Assembly (NCBI GenBank): GCA_963798355.1
Contig: CAWCSY010000006.1
Coordinates: forward strand, 528,959-592,958
Direction of reading: 5' to 3'
Origin: an uncultured Microthrixaceae bacterium
GTDB lineage: Bacteria > Actinomycetota > Acidimicrobiia > Acidimicrobiales > Acidimicrobilacustridaceae
DNA length: 64,000 bases
A program made the position numbers and the translations under genes. This document shows, piece by piece, positions 54,991-64,000 of this stretch. Every line of letters starts with the position of its first letter. The first letter of the stretch is position 1. Below the pieces are notes generated by a model. The model did no database searches. It was not told where the DNA came from and was given only the letters and a program-made list of their open reading frames with translations.

Positions 54991-55191
54991 ACCGAGGCTC
55001 CGGCGGGCAGTGGGTCGAGATCAGCTCGGTCGTCGGATCGGGTACCCGCTCAGGGGACCGAGGCGGCGCAGCTGGCTGCCCGTCGGGCCTCCTCGTCGAA
55101 GGGCAGGAGCCGGTCTGACACACGGATGGGAGGCTTGGTCCCCAGCCGCCACCTCCCTATAGTCGGGCCTGACAGGGGCGAAGAAGGTGCG

Positions 55192-56142
55192 ATGACCACA
55201 GCACTCCATGACGGCACGTCGTCGGATCCGTTCGAGCACGAGGCGCTGTTCTACTCGTCCGACGACGAATACCTGGAGCAGATACTGCCGTTCATCGCCG
55301 ACGGCCTCGACGCGGGCGCAGCCGTACTGATCGCCACGCCGCACGCGAAGGTGGAGCTCCTGGCGTCGCGGGTGGAGGGATGGGCCGACGACCGGCTCCA
55401 CCTCGAGGCGATGGAGGAGGTTGGAGCAAACCCAGCCTGGATCATTCCGGTCTGGGCCGACTTCGTGGCCGCCCAGGCGGACCTCGGGCGAACCGTCCGT
55501 GGCGTCGGGGAGCCGATCTGGGCTGATCGCACGCCGGACGAGCTCGTCGAGTGCGCTCGTCACGAGGCCCTTCTCAACGTGGCCTTCGCCGCGACGTCGG
55601 GATTCAGCCTGTTGTGCCCGTACGACCTCCGGTTCCTCGACCCGTCCGTGATCGACGAGGCCGGGCACAACCATCCGCGGATCGATCGCGCCGGAGAGGT
55701 CTGCACGAGCGAGAACTACGACGGCGACGTCCCCCACTGGCTCGACACCCCGCTCACAGCCGTCCCCGCGGGGACCGAGCGAGCGTCGTTCGGCTCGGGT
55801 TCCATCGCGCCGCTCCGGCGCCTGGTCGCGTACCGAGCGGGGGAGGCCGGCCTCTCCCGGCCGAAGGCCGACGACGCGGTCCTCGCGGTGAGCGAGGCGG
55901 TCAGCAACTCGATCTCGCACGGTGGTGGTCGGGGTGAGCTGCTGCTGTGGCAGGCCGATGACCGGTTCATCTGCGAGGTCCACGATCACGGTCACATCAC
56001 CGACCCACTCGTCGGCCGCATCCGGCCCACGGTCGGCCAGCTCGATGGTCGCGGCATGTGGCTGATCCACCAGGTCAGCGATCTCGTGCAGCTGCGGTTC
56101 CTTCCTGACGGTCAGCACCTCCGGATGCAGTTCGTCCGTTGA
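55192..56142 (+). CDS. MEDS sensory domain fused to an RsbW-like anti-sigma/serine kinase (HATPase_c_2) domain
   Basis: FEHEALFYSSDDEYLEQILPFIADGLDAGAAVLIATP is MEDS-like. AVSEAVSNSISHGGG...DHGHITDPLVGRIRP...GRGMWLIHQVSDLVQL is RsbW-like. Confidence 0.7.
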   Translation: MTTALHDGTSSDPFEHEALFYSSDDEYLEQILPFIADGLDAGAAVLIATPHAKVELLASRVEGWADDRLHLEAMEEVGANPAWIIPVWADFVAAQADLGRTVRGVGEPIWADRTPDELVECARHEALLNVAFAATSGFSLLCPYDLRFLDPSVIDEAGHNHPRIDRAGEVCTSENYDGDVPHWLDTPLTAVPAGTERASFGSGSIAPLRRLVAYRAGEAGLSRPKADDAVLAVSEAVSNSISHGGGRGELLLWQADDRFICEVHDHGHITDPLVGRIRPTVGQLDGRGMWLIHQVSDLVQLRFLPDGQHLRMQFVR

Positions 56143-56272
56143 TCGCCGCAAGGCGGGCATCGGCCGGCGCTCCTTCGCCCGGGCGGGCATGATGGGCCCC
56201 GGGTTCGGTCGAATCGGTCGGAGCCGGAGCATTCGTCGATGAGGACCTTCTCGCAGATCGGACCGTGGCCCG

Positions 56273-58357
56273 GTGATCGTGACCGTCGATGAACGAGCGG
56301 TCTTCGATGCGCTGCCCGCGCGGTGGTGGTCACCGATACCCGGGGCCAGATCGTCCGGTGGAACCGTTCGGCCGAGGAGCTCTACGGGTGGGAGGCGGAC
56401 GAGATCCTCGGCCGCTCGGTGCTCGAGGTGCTGCAACCCCGGCCCATCAGCGACGAGCACGGTGAGGGCGAAGTTGGCATCGACCTCACTGACGGCGAGT
56501 GGAGCGGAGACCTGATCACCTCCACGAAGTCGGGGGAGCGCCGGCGCACCTTCGTCACCATCGCTCCGATCCGCGACCCGTCGGGGGAGGTCGTCGCGCT
56601 CGGTCGGCGCGGGCGAGGACCTCTCGGGTCAGCAGCCACTGGAACGTCGGGCTGAGCAACTGACGGAACGCCTGCAGCTGGCACTCGACGCCGGTCAGCT
56701 CGGCACCTGGGTGTGGGACAAGACCGCCGGAACGATCGAGTGGGACGACCGGTTGCAGGTGCTCTTCGGGCTCGAACCGGGCACGTTCGACGGCTCCTTC
56801 GAGACCTACGCGGGGCTGTTGCACCCCGACGACGCGGGGTCCGTTCTCGCGCGGGTCGAGGAAGCGATGCTGGCCAGGAGCCGCTACGTGGTCGAGCACC
56901 GGGTCGTCTGGGCCGACGGGTCGACGCACTGGCTGGAGGGGGCGGGCCAGGTGACGCTCGACGCTGACGGCGAGGCCAGCGGGACGATCGGGTGCGTGGC
57001 CGATGTGACCGACCGGGTCGAGGGTGAGCTCCAGCGTCAGCGGTTCACGTTGGAGGCGCTGAACGCGGCCGAGGATGAGCGGGTGTCCCGGGAGCGACTG
57101 GAGTTCCTGTCCAAGATCACCGAGGCGGTGAACCAGGCTCCGGACGTCCGCACGATGATGCAGGACGTCGTGGCTGCGGCGGTGCCGCGGCTGGGCGACT
57201 GGTGTTCGATCTTCGTGCTGCCCGAGGACGGATCGCTGATCCCGGACGTCGAGATCGCCCACGTCGATCCGGAGATGGTCGAGTACGCCCTCGCCCTGCG
57301 GGAGCGCTACCCCTACGACCCGAGCTCGGCGTGGGGGGTCCCCGAGGTCATCCGATCCGGCCGCACCCTCTTCATCCCGGAGATCGACGCGAGCGTGCTC
57401 GACGAGGCCGGGCTCGATGACGAGGCGCGAGTCATCGTGGGGCGGCTCGCGCTTCGGAGCTCGATCACCGTCCCACTGGTGGCGCGGGCCCGCGTGCTCG
57501 GGGCCATGCAGTTCGTGATGTCCGAGTCGAGCCGCCGCTACACCCGCGATGACATCACTCTGGCGCGAGCCGTCGGCTCCCGCATCGCGTCGAGCCTGGA
57601 GAACCGCCGACTCGGAGAACGGCAGCGGGTGATCGCGTCCACCTTGCAAGCCAGCTTGCTGCCTGACGAGCTCGTTTCGATTCCCGGTGTCGAGGTGGCG
57701 GTGCGCTATTGGGCCACCGGTGAGGGCACAGAGGTCGGTGGGGACTTCTACGACCTGTTCGCCATGGACGAGGAGACCTGGGGAGTGGTGGTCGGCGATG
57801 TCTGCGGCACCGGGCCCGCGGCGGCCGCGGTGACCGGCCTGGCCCGCCACACGGTGGCGAGCGCCGCCTGGCACGGCGACGATCCCGTCGAGACCCTGGC
57901 GCACCTCAACCGCACGCTGCGCCGGCGCGATGCCGAGGTCTTCTGCACCGTGGCGTTCGCCCACCTCACCGTCGAGTCCGACGGGCTGGGCGTGGCGCTG
58001 GCCGTCGGGGGGCATCCCTTGCCCATCCTGGCCGAGCAAGGTGGTGGCGCTGTCCCGGTGGGCTGTCCTGGAACGCTCATGGGCGTGTTCGACGACGTGA
58101 GCGTGACGACCTGCAACCTGCTGCTGGGTCCCGGCGAAGCCCTGGTCTTCTACACCGATGGCGTGACCGACGTCCCGCCGCCGTACGGCATCGGCGCCGA
58201 GGACTTCGTGGTGATCGTGGGCGAGGAGGCATCGCTGTCGGACTCGGCCGAGTCCCTCGCCGATCGCCTGCACGTCCGCCTGGCCTCGATCCTCGAGGTC
58301 GATCAGCGCACCGACGACATCGCCCTCCTGATCCTCCGGGTACCTCCGCGTTCCTGA
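56273..58357 (+). pseudogene. PAS-PAS-GAF-PP2C (SpoIIE-type) phosphatase with two frame changes
   Basis: Segments lie in the frames of 56273, 56323 and 56711, with junctions near 56320 and 56602. PAS domains (VVTDTRGQIVRWNRSAEELYGW; GTWVWDKTAGTIEWDD). PP2C block VGGDFYDLF...VVGDVCGTGPAAAAVTG...YTDGVTD. Confidence 0.85.
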
Positions 58358-58361
58358 GCCC

Positions 58362-59588
58362 TCAGAAGAAGCGGCGAGCCGGGATCACCAGGCGCTCGGC
58401 CACCCGCTGGAACGCCGAGCGCGACGACCAGCGCACTCGCTCGATCCGGACGCTGCGGGCCAGGTCGTCCTCGAACTGCGCGTCGAGCTCGGTCGTCAGC
58501 TCCCGATCGAGTGCGACCAGGTTGACCTCCTCGTCAAGTGCGACCGATCGGCGGTTGAGGTTGGCCGATCCGATGTTGGCGACGAGGCCGTCGACGGTCA
58601 TGACCTTGGCGTGCAGCATCGACGGCTGGTAGTTCCAGATCTCGATGCCGGCGGCCAGGAGCTCGGCGTAGCGGTGCTCGCCGGCCATCTGCACGAACCG
58701 CTTGTCGGCGTGGGGCCCGGGCAGGAGGATCTGGACCTCGACGCCTCGTTCTCGGGCGTCGCAGAGTCGCTGGACGAGCTCTCGGTCCGGGACGAAGTAC
58801 GCGGTGGCGATCCGCACCCTGCTCTGCGCCAGCTGCAGGAGCGAGCGGAACAGCATGTCGACCTCGCCCCACCCCTGCTCTGATGCGCTGCGCACGCACT
58901 GCACGATCGCCGAGCCGGCCTTCGGCTGGTCGGGGAAGCGGTCGACCCCTTCGGAGAAGATCTCGGGATCGGTCTCGGTCCAGTTGTCGAGGAAGGCGGC
59001 CCGCAGCCCGTCGACCGCCGGACCCCACAGGCGAAAATGGGTGTCACGCCACTCGTGCTCGTCTCGGGCGTCGCCTGTCCACTCGTCAGCGATGCCCACT
59101 CCGCCGGTGAACCCGATCTCCTCGTCGACGATCATCACCTTCCGGTGGGTCCGGTGGTTGACCCGGGCGAGGTGCATCCTCCGCAGAGGTCGGAACCAAC
59201 GGACCTGCACGCCGGCGCCAGCCATGAGGTCCAGCAGCGGATGGTCGATCGTTCGGGCGCCGAAGGCATCGAGCAGGACCCGCACCCGTACGCCGCGCCT
59301 CGCCCGCGCCGCCAGTCGCTCGGCGAAGGTCGTGCCGATGTCGCCGGCCCAATAGACGAACGTGAGCAGGTCGATCGTGTGGTCTGCTCCATCGATCGCT
59401 TCGAGCATCGCCGGGAAGATCTCGTCGCCGTTGCGGAGCACTTCGATGCGGTTGCCCTCGGTGGCCGGCACGCCGATGACGCCCTCGAGGTGCCTGCGAA
59501 CGCGGGTCATGCGTTCGCCGGGCTCGACCGATGGCGGCTGTGTCGCGCTAGGCCCCTCGCTCCCCTGGCCTTGGTCGATGACTGTCAC
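58362..59588 (-). CDS. phospholipase D family protein / cardiolipin synthase-like
   Basis: GTG 59588 overlaps the upstream stop (GTGA). Two HKD motifs: HRKVMIVDEEIGFTGGVGI and HAKVMTVDGLVANIGSANLN. Confidence 0.9.
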   Translation of the reverse strand: MTVIDQGQGSEGPSATQPPSVEPGERMTRVRRHLEGVIGVPATEGNRIEVLRNGDEIFPAMLEAIDGADHTIDLLTFVYWAGDIGTTFAERLAARARRGVRVRVLLDAFGARTIDHPLLDLMAGAGVQVRWFRPLRRMHLARVNHRTHRKVMIVDEEIGFTGGVGIADEWTGDARDEHEWRDTHFRLWGPAVDGLRAAFLDNWTETDPEIFSEGVDRFPDQPKAGSAIVQCVRSASEQGWGEVDMLFRSLLQLAQSRVRIATAYFVPDRELVQRLCDARERGVEVQILLPGPHADKRFVQMAGEHRYAELLAAGIEIWNYQPSMLHAKVMTVDGLVANIGSANLNRRSVALDEEVNLVALDRELTTELDAQFEDDLARSVRIERVRWSSRSAFQRVAERLVIPARRFF

Positions 59589-60565
59589 GCCGGCACCTTG
59601 GTGGCGCTGGCCGCGGACACGTGCTCCGCGTCCGGCTCCGAGTGCTCGATCTTCACCTCGTCCTGCGGCTCGCGGCTGCCGGATCGGGCCGCTTCGAGCT
59701 GCGCGGCGACGGCTCCCCCGAAGAGGATCGTCATCGACGAGAGCATGCACCACAGCTGGAGGGCGACGATGCCGGCCAGGGGGCCGTACGTGTCACCGAA
59801 GGAGTGGCTGAGCCGGAACACCAGGCCCATGGAGAGGGTGACGACGAACCACAGCACCACCGTCACCGCCGACCCGAACAGCAGCCAGCTCCAGCTCGGC
59901 TGATGCCGACGCGGGCACCACCGGAACAGGAGCGCGGTGACGGCCATCATGATGGCGAGCGAGAGCGGCCAGCGCAGGATGGTCCAGGTCAGGTTCGCTC
60001 CGTCGTTGTGCAGTGCGTCGCCGATGGCCGAGCCGAAGCCGACGGCGGCGATCGCCACCGCGGTCAACGTGCCGGCGCTGAGCGCCAGCAGCAGGCCGAG
60101 CCCGTACTTGCGAGGGAACGGGCGGTCGAGCTCGACACCGTAGATCCGGTTGAGACCCCGCTCGAGCTGACCCATCCCCGTGGTGGCCGAGACGATCAGG
60201 CCGATCGAGCCGAGCGCGAGGGCGAGGTAGCGGCGAGACAGGCCTGCGTTCTGCGCCTGGTCGACAGCGGAGGTGAGCACCTGGCCGGCGGGGCCGGGCG
60301 CGGCGCTCTGGATCGCATTGACGATCCCGGTCGAGATGTGAGAGTCGCCCATCGCGCTGGCGACGCCGACCAGCACGATCACCGCCTGCACCAGCACGAG
60401 CGACATGACCCACGCCAGGGAGCGGGTGTGACTGAACCCGTCGGAATAGCGCATGCGTGTGAACGCGTCACGCAGCAGGCGGAGCCGGCCCGTGTGCTGA
60501 AGGGTCTGCCAGGCGTCGTCGCCGGTCAGCTCCCACGTCTCGGGAACGAGGGTTGCGGTGCTCAC
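59585..60565 (-). CDS. YihY/BrkB family integral membrane protein
   Basis: GTG 60565 overlaps the upstream stop (GTGA). 326 aa. Multiple TM helices and the YihY-like N-terminus LLRDAFTRMRYSDGFSHTRSLAW. Confidence 0.8.
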   Translation of the reverse strand: MSTATLVPETWELTGDDAWQTLQHTGRLRLLRDAFTRMRYSDGFSHTRSLAWVMSLVLVQAVIVLVGVASAMGDSHISTGIVNAIQSAAPGPAGQVLTSAVDQAQNAGLSRRYLALALGSIGLIVSATTGMGQLERGLNRIYGVELDRPFPRKYGLGLLLALSAGTLTAVAIAAVGFGSAIGDALHNDGANLTWTILRWPLSLAIMMAVTALLFRWCPRRHQPSWSWLLFGSAVTVVLWFVVTLSMGLVFRLSHSFGDTYGPLAGIVALQLWCMLSSMTILFGGAVAAQLEAARSGSREPQDEVKIEHSEPDAEHVSAASATKVPA

Positions 60566-61470
60566 GACCCGGCCTGGTTCTCGCTCGCGGCCGCAGTCGG
60601 ATCGGGCACGCACACCTGGATGGCGTGGTGCTCGATGGACACCTTGATCCGCTTGGTCTTGTGGCGGGCTCCGCCGTCGAGCTCGTAGGGGAGCTTCTCG
60701 TCGAGCTTGATGTCGATCGTCCGGGCGGAGGTCGTGCGGGTGAGCGGCGAGCGCTCGAGCTTGCCCGCGGCCAGCCGGGCGAGCACCCTCGACCACTGGG
60801 CCGCCCCCTTGGCCGTGACGATCCCGACCTCCAGCACGCCGTCGTCGGGCTCGGCCGCGTCGAAGGCGGTGAACCCGCCGCTGACGGTGCCGACGTTCCC
60901 GATCAGGACGCAGCTGGCCTTGCCGTCGAACCAGTCATCTCCGTCGACCTTCACCCGCATGTGCACGCGCGAGACGTTGAGGTTCTTGGCGCCGGTCCAG
61001 ACGTACGCGAGTCGTCCGGCTTTGTCCTTCAGGCCGCGGTCGGCGTCCTTGATCATCATGGCGTCGAACCCGGTGCCGGCCATCACGGCGAACCGCTCGC
61101 CGTTGATCACGCCGACGTCGAGCGGGCGGTGGAACCCGTGCAGCCCGACATCGACGGCAGCGGGGAGGTCCTTCGGGATGCCGAGGTTCGTGGCGAGCAG
61201 GTTGGCGGTGCCGGCGGGCAGGATGGCGACGGTGACGCCGGAGCCGGCCATGGCGTCGATGCACCGCTGCACCATGCCGTCACCGCCCCACACGAACACG
61301 AGGTCGGCGCCCTTCTCGATGGCGTCGCGAGCACACGCCGGTGCCTTCTTGCTCTTCGGGACCTCGTACCAGAGCGGCTCGAAGCCTTCGTGGGTCAGGA
61401 GGGAGCGGAGCTCGTCGAGACCTCCTCCGAGCGACTTCTTCCGGTGGGCGACGACCGCGACGGTGGTCAT
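60562..61470 (-). CDS. diacylglycerol-kinase-catalytic-domain lipid kinase (YegS/BmrU type)
   Basis: 302 aa. Contains the VFVWGGDGMV motif and ILPAGTANLLA. Confidence 0.9.
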   Translation of the reverse strand: MTTVAVVAHRKKSLGGGLDELRSLLTHEGFEPLWYEVPKSKKAPACARDAIEKGADLVFVWGGDGMVQRCIDAMAGSGVTVAILPAGTANLLATNLGIPKDLPAAVDVGLHGFHRPLDVGVINGERFAVMAGTGFDAMMIKDADRGLKDKAGRLAYVWTGAKNLNVSRVHMRVKVDGDDWFDGKASCVLIGNVGTVSGGFTAFDAAEPDDGVLEVGIVTAKGAAQWSRVLARLAAGKLERSPLTRTTSARTIDIKLDEKLPYELDGGARHKTKRIKVSIEHHAIQVCVPDPTAAASENQAGS

Positions 61471-62333
61471 GCCGGCACCTCCGCGGCCGATGCCTGCCGG
61501 GCGGGCGGATCTTCGGCGTCCCCTTCATGGTCGTCTTCATGGTCGTCTCCATGGTCGTCGCTCGGCAGCTGCGCCGCGATCGACGAGGCCCGGGTGGCGG
61601 TGACGGCGACGAGCAGCGCGCCGATTCCCATGATCGCCCCCGCCACCACGTCCGAGACGTGGTGCATGCCCCGGTACACACGGGCGTAGCCGACGGCGAT
61701 GGTGAGCAGCAGCACGAGGACCCAGGGCAGGACCTTTGCGAGTCGTGACCGCATGTGCAGCGTGATCAGCAGCACGATCGATCCGTAGAGCACGATGGTC
61801 GCCGCGGTGTGACCGGACGGGAAGCTGAAGGTGGTCGGCACGATCCCGAGCTTCTCGACCGACGGACGCTCGCGGCGGACGAGCTCGTTGACGATCAGGA
61901 ACGTGGCCAGCTCGACGGCCAGGGCGATGACCACGAGCAGGAGGTCTCGCCATCGCTTCCGCAGGGCGAGGACGATCTCGATCAGGAGCCCGCCGACGAT
62001 GATCGGCATGGTCTCGGCCGAGTGGGACCAGAAGGTGCTGAAGCTGTTCCATCCGCTGGTGCGGTGGGCGGCGAGGTTCGCGTTCACGTGATCGTCCGCG
62101 GTGCGCAGCCCCCCGAGGAGCCCGAGGTGGGTGATGGCCTCGCCGATGACGATCAGTACGACCGCCATGGCGGCCAACCCTCCGACGACCACGAGGACCG
62201 GCGCCCAGACCTGGCTACGCGCCCTCGATGCCGCCTTGGCAGCGACGTCGTCGATCGGACCGGGTAGCGGGCGGTCGAGCACGCTCCTCGGGGTCGTCGT
62301 ACCGGTGCGTCCGCGCCTCGCCTCTGTTGTCAT
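61467..62333 (-). CDS. PAP2-family lipid phosphatase
   Basis: ATG start at 62333; its stop overlaps the kinase ATG (ATGA). Acid-phosphatase motifs VRRERP, PSGH and YRGMHHVSD. His/Asp-rich C-terminal tail. Confidence 0.85.
   Translation of the reverse strand: MTTEARRGRTGTTTPRSVLDRPLPGPIDDVAAKAASRARSQVWAPVLVVVGGLAAMAVVLIVIGEAITHLGLLGGLRTADDHVNANLAAHRTSGWNSFSTFWSHSAETMPIIVGGLLIEIVLALRKRWRDLLLVVIALAVELATFLIVNELVRRERPSVEKLGIVPTTFSFPSGHTAATIVLYGSIVLLITLHMRSRLAKVLPWVLVLLLTIAVGYARVYRGMHHVSDVVAGAIMGIGALLVAVTATRASSIAAQLPSDDHGDDHEDDHEGDAEDPPARQASAAEVPA
61524..61559 (-). repeat. three tandem 12-nt units encoding (DDHx)3 in the PAP2 tail
   Basis: ttcatggtcgtc ttcatggtcgtc tccatggtcgtc on the plus strand, which reads DDHGDDHEDDHE on the minus strand. 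Confidence 0.9.
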
Positions 62334-62397
62334 GCGGTCGACATACCCGGGGAAACCAGCGCGTATGCGTGAGCGCGCGACGGGGTACACATGACAG

Positions 62398-63333
62398 ATG
62401 CAGGTGATCGGGATCGTGTTGGCGCTCGGAGTGGCGGCAGGGCTGGCCGCGTACGTCGCGGCCCGTCGGTGGCCCGAGCCGATCGAGGCGCCCCGCATCG
62501 TCCAACCGACCATCACGGCCGAAGTCGATCGTCGACCACGGCTGGCCGGCTACCTGCGGCGCCGCACCGATCCGTCCACGCTCACCGGGCTGGCGCTCAC
62601 CGCGGCCGGGGTGCTCGTGATGGGTGGTGCCATCGGCATCGGAGTGCTGCTCACCATGGTCCGGACGCACCAGGGCTTCGCGCGATGGGACGTCGCGTTC
62701 GCCCAGTTCGGCGCCGACCACGCATCGAACATCTCGACGAGCTTCCTCCGCGACGTGAGCCAGCTGGCGGGCTACCAGGGCGTGCTGGCGATCGGACTCC
62801 TCCTGGTCGCAGCCGAATGGCGTCGACAGCGCGCGCTCGCCCTGATCGGCTTCGTGGTCCTCACGCTCGGCGGCCAGTTCGCGATCGCCGAGCTGGTGAA
62901 AGCCGTGGTGGGACGTGGACGCCCCGACATCCTCCACCTCACCGGCTTCTCCGGGTCGTCCTTCCCCTCCGGACATGCCACGGCCGCGGCAGCGATGTTC
63001 ATGGCTGCCGCTCTCCTACTCGGTCGCAAGCGCACCGCTCGCACCAAGGCGGTGTTGGTGGGACTCGCGGTGTCCCTGGCGGTGGCGGTCGCATCCACCC
63101 GCGTGCTGCTCGGCGTGCACTGGTTCACCGACGTGCTCGCCGGCCTGCTGCTCGGGTGGGCCTGGTTCGCGCTCTGCTCCATCGCGTTCGGCGGCCGGCT
63201 CATGCAGTTCGGTGCGCCGGTCGAGCAGGCCGAGACGATCGCCGCGGCGGTACTCGTCGACGACCATGACGACGAGCCATCGTCGCTCTCGATTCCTGCG
63301 GTCGGGACAACTGGTCCGGCGGCGACGGGGTAG
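62398..63333 (+). CDS. PAP2-family lipid phosphatase (paralog, divergent)
   Basis: 311 aa. Contains KAVVGRGRPD, FPSGHATAAA and RVLLGVHWFTDVL. The tail contains DDHDDE. Confidence 0.85.
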   Translation: MQVIGIVLALGVAAGLAAYVAARRWPEPIEAPRIVQPTITAEVDRRPRLAGYLRRRTDPSTLTGLALTAAGVLVMGGAIGIGVLLTMVRTHQGFARWDVAFAQFGADHASNISTSFLRDVSQLAGYQGVLAIGLLLVAAEWRRQRALALIGFVVLTLGGQFAIAELVKAVVGRGRPDILHLTGFSGSSFPSGHATAAAAMFMAAALLLGRKRTARTKAVLVGLAVSLAVAVASTRVLLGVHWFTDVLAGLLLGWAWFALCSIAFGGRLMQFGAPVEQAETIAAAVLVDDHDDEPSSLSIPAVGTTGPAATG

Positions 63334-63359
63334 AGGCCGCTTCACGGCTCGGTCGGACC

Positions 63360-64000
63360 TCAGGCGCCACCTTCGAAGGCGGGGCCGTCGACGCGGTCGA
63401 TGGTGGTGAAGTCCTCGACCGGGCGTCGGGTGAGACGGCGTGGTTGCTGCCGCGGGTGACCGAGCACGATCACCGCGGCCAGTGCGTAGCCGTCGGGGGC
63501 GTGCAGCAGCTCGAGCACGGACCGCTCCTCGCGGATCGCCATCGTGGTCATCACCCCACCGAGCCCTTCCTCCCGCGCCGCGAGCAGCACGTTCCATGCG
63601 AACGGGTACACGGACGCACCGCCGGCGAAGGTGTAGCGGTCGTGGTCACGGTCGACCGCGGCCAGCACACGGAGGTCGACCATGAGCGCCAGGAGGACCG
63701 GGGCCTGATGGAGGTGCTCGGCGAAGCCTCCTCGGCCAGCCGCGGCCTGGGCTCGGAGCTCATCCGCTCCCGACGCCATCGCCGCGTCCTCGGCGTATCG
63801 GTCGTTGGGCGGCGCCCAGGGTCGGATGCCGGCCGCGTTCATGGCGAGGTAGTCGTACCAGCCCGGGAGGTAGAGGTCGCGCAGGCGGGACCGGGTCTCC
63901 GGGTCCTGGATGACCACGACCCTCCAGCCCTGCTGGTTCCCGCCGCTCGGGGAGAAGCGGGCGTTGTCGAGCACCCGCCAGAGCACATCGTCGGGTACCG
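63360..64000 (-). CDS. nitroreductase family protein, N-terminus outside window
   Basis: Stop at 63360-63362. Contains RFSPSGGNQQGWRVVVIQDPETR. The frame is still open at the window edge. Confidence 0.8.
   Translation of the reverse strand, partial: VPDDVLWRVLDNARFSPSGGNQQGWRVVVIQDPETRSRLRDLYLPGWYDYLAMNAAGIRPWAPPNDRYAEDAAMASGADELRAQAAAGRGGFAEHLHQAPVLLALMVDLRVLAAVDRDHDRYTFAGGASVYPFAWNVLLAAREEGLGGVMTTMAIREERSVLELLHAPDGYALAAVIVLGHPRQQPRRLTRRPVEDFTTIDRVDGPAFEGGA

Noticed and set aside
55128-55142. GGGAGGCTTGGTCCC upstream of the MEDS gene
   Set aside because: It has a 5-nt spacer and a mismatch in the first half-site. It is weaker than the two boxes reported.
56555-58273. 572-aa minus-strand ORF
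   Set aside because: It is antisense to the PAS-GAF-PP2C gene, which has clear domain motifs.
63304-63318. GGGACAACTGGTCC, a DosR-like near match
   Set aside because: The spacing and second half-site are wrong. It lies at the 3' end of the PAP2 gene, between convergent genes, so it has no promoter to act on.

Overview
Very GC-rich segment with strong third-position GC bias, which looks like an Actinobacteria-type chromosome. I call about 60 protein-coding genes on both strands. They are tightly packed, and many adjacent genes share 4-nt start/stop overlaps (ATGA or GTGA). By eye I find no rRNA, tRNA, CRISPR array, transposase, integrase or prophage signature.

Gene content by block:
- 0-12 kb: sugar kinase 3' end, an orphan ORF, a badly frameshifted flotillin/SPFH gene, a CoA-transferase, SDRs, an esterase, an enoyl-CoA hydratase, an LLM oxidoreductase and a PQQ-like lipoprotein.
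- 12-18.6 kb: Baeyer-Villiger monooxygenase, double SDR, amidohydrolase, DUF427/thioesterase cluster.
- 18.6-38.2 kb: a lipid-type catabolic island. It holds a LIV-type ABC importer, two P450s, a CoA-transferase, three acyl-CoA dehydrogenases (one alpha/beta-like pair), an acyl-CoA synthetase, amidohydrolases, a thioesterase and a TetR regulator.
- 38-49 kb: assorted redox and hydrolase genes.
- 49-58.4 kb: a DevR/DosR-like stress island. It holds a PAS histidine kinase, PPOX, flavodoxin, a pseudo-receiver, DevR, a multicopper oxidase, a MEDS/RsbW-like kinase and a PAS-GAF-PP2C phosphatase.
- 58.4-63.3 kb: a translationally coupled phospholipid operon (PAP2, lipid kinase, YihY, PLD) plus a divergent PAP2 gene.

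Main hunt results:
1. A conserved hexamer-triplet operator fused to a -10 box recurs seven to eight times, always in front of the transcription units of the 18.6-38.2 kb island. One copy is a bidirectional palindrome. This defines a candidate regulon that I cannot match to operators I know.
2. Two DosR-type boxes flank the devR-like gene block.
3. There is an unusual density of frame changes, mostly at short homopolymers, and of large deletions. They are concentrated in a subset of genes while neighbouring genes are intact.

All functional calls come from reading the translated ORFs. No database search was possible.
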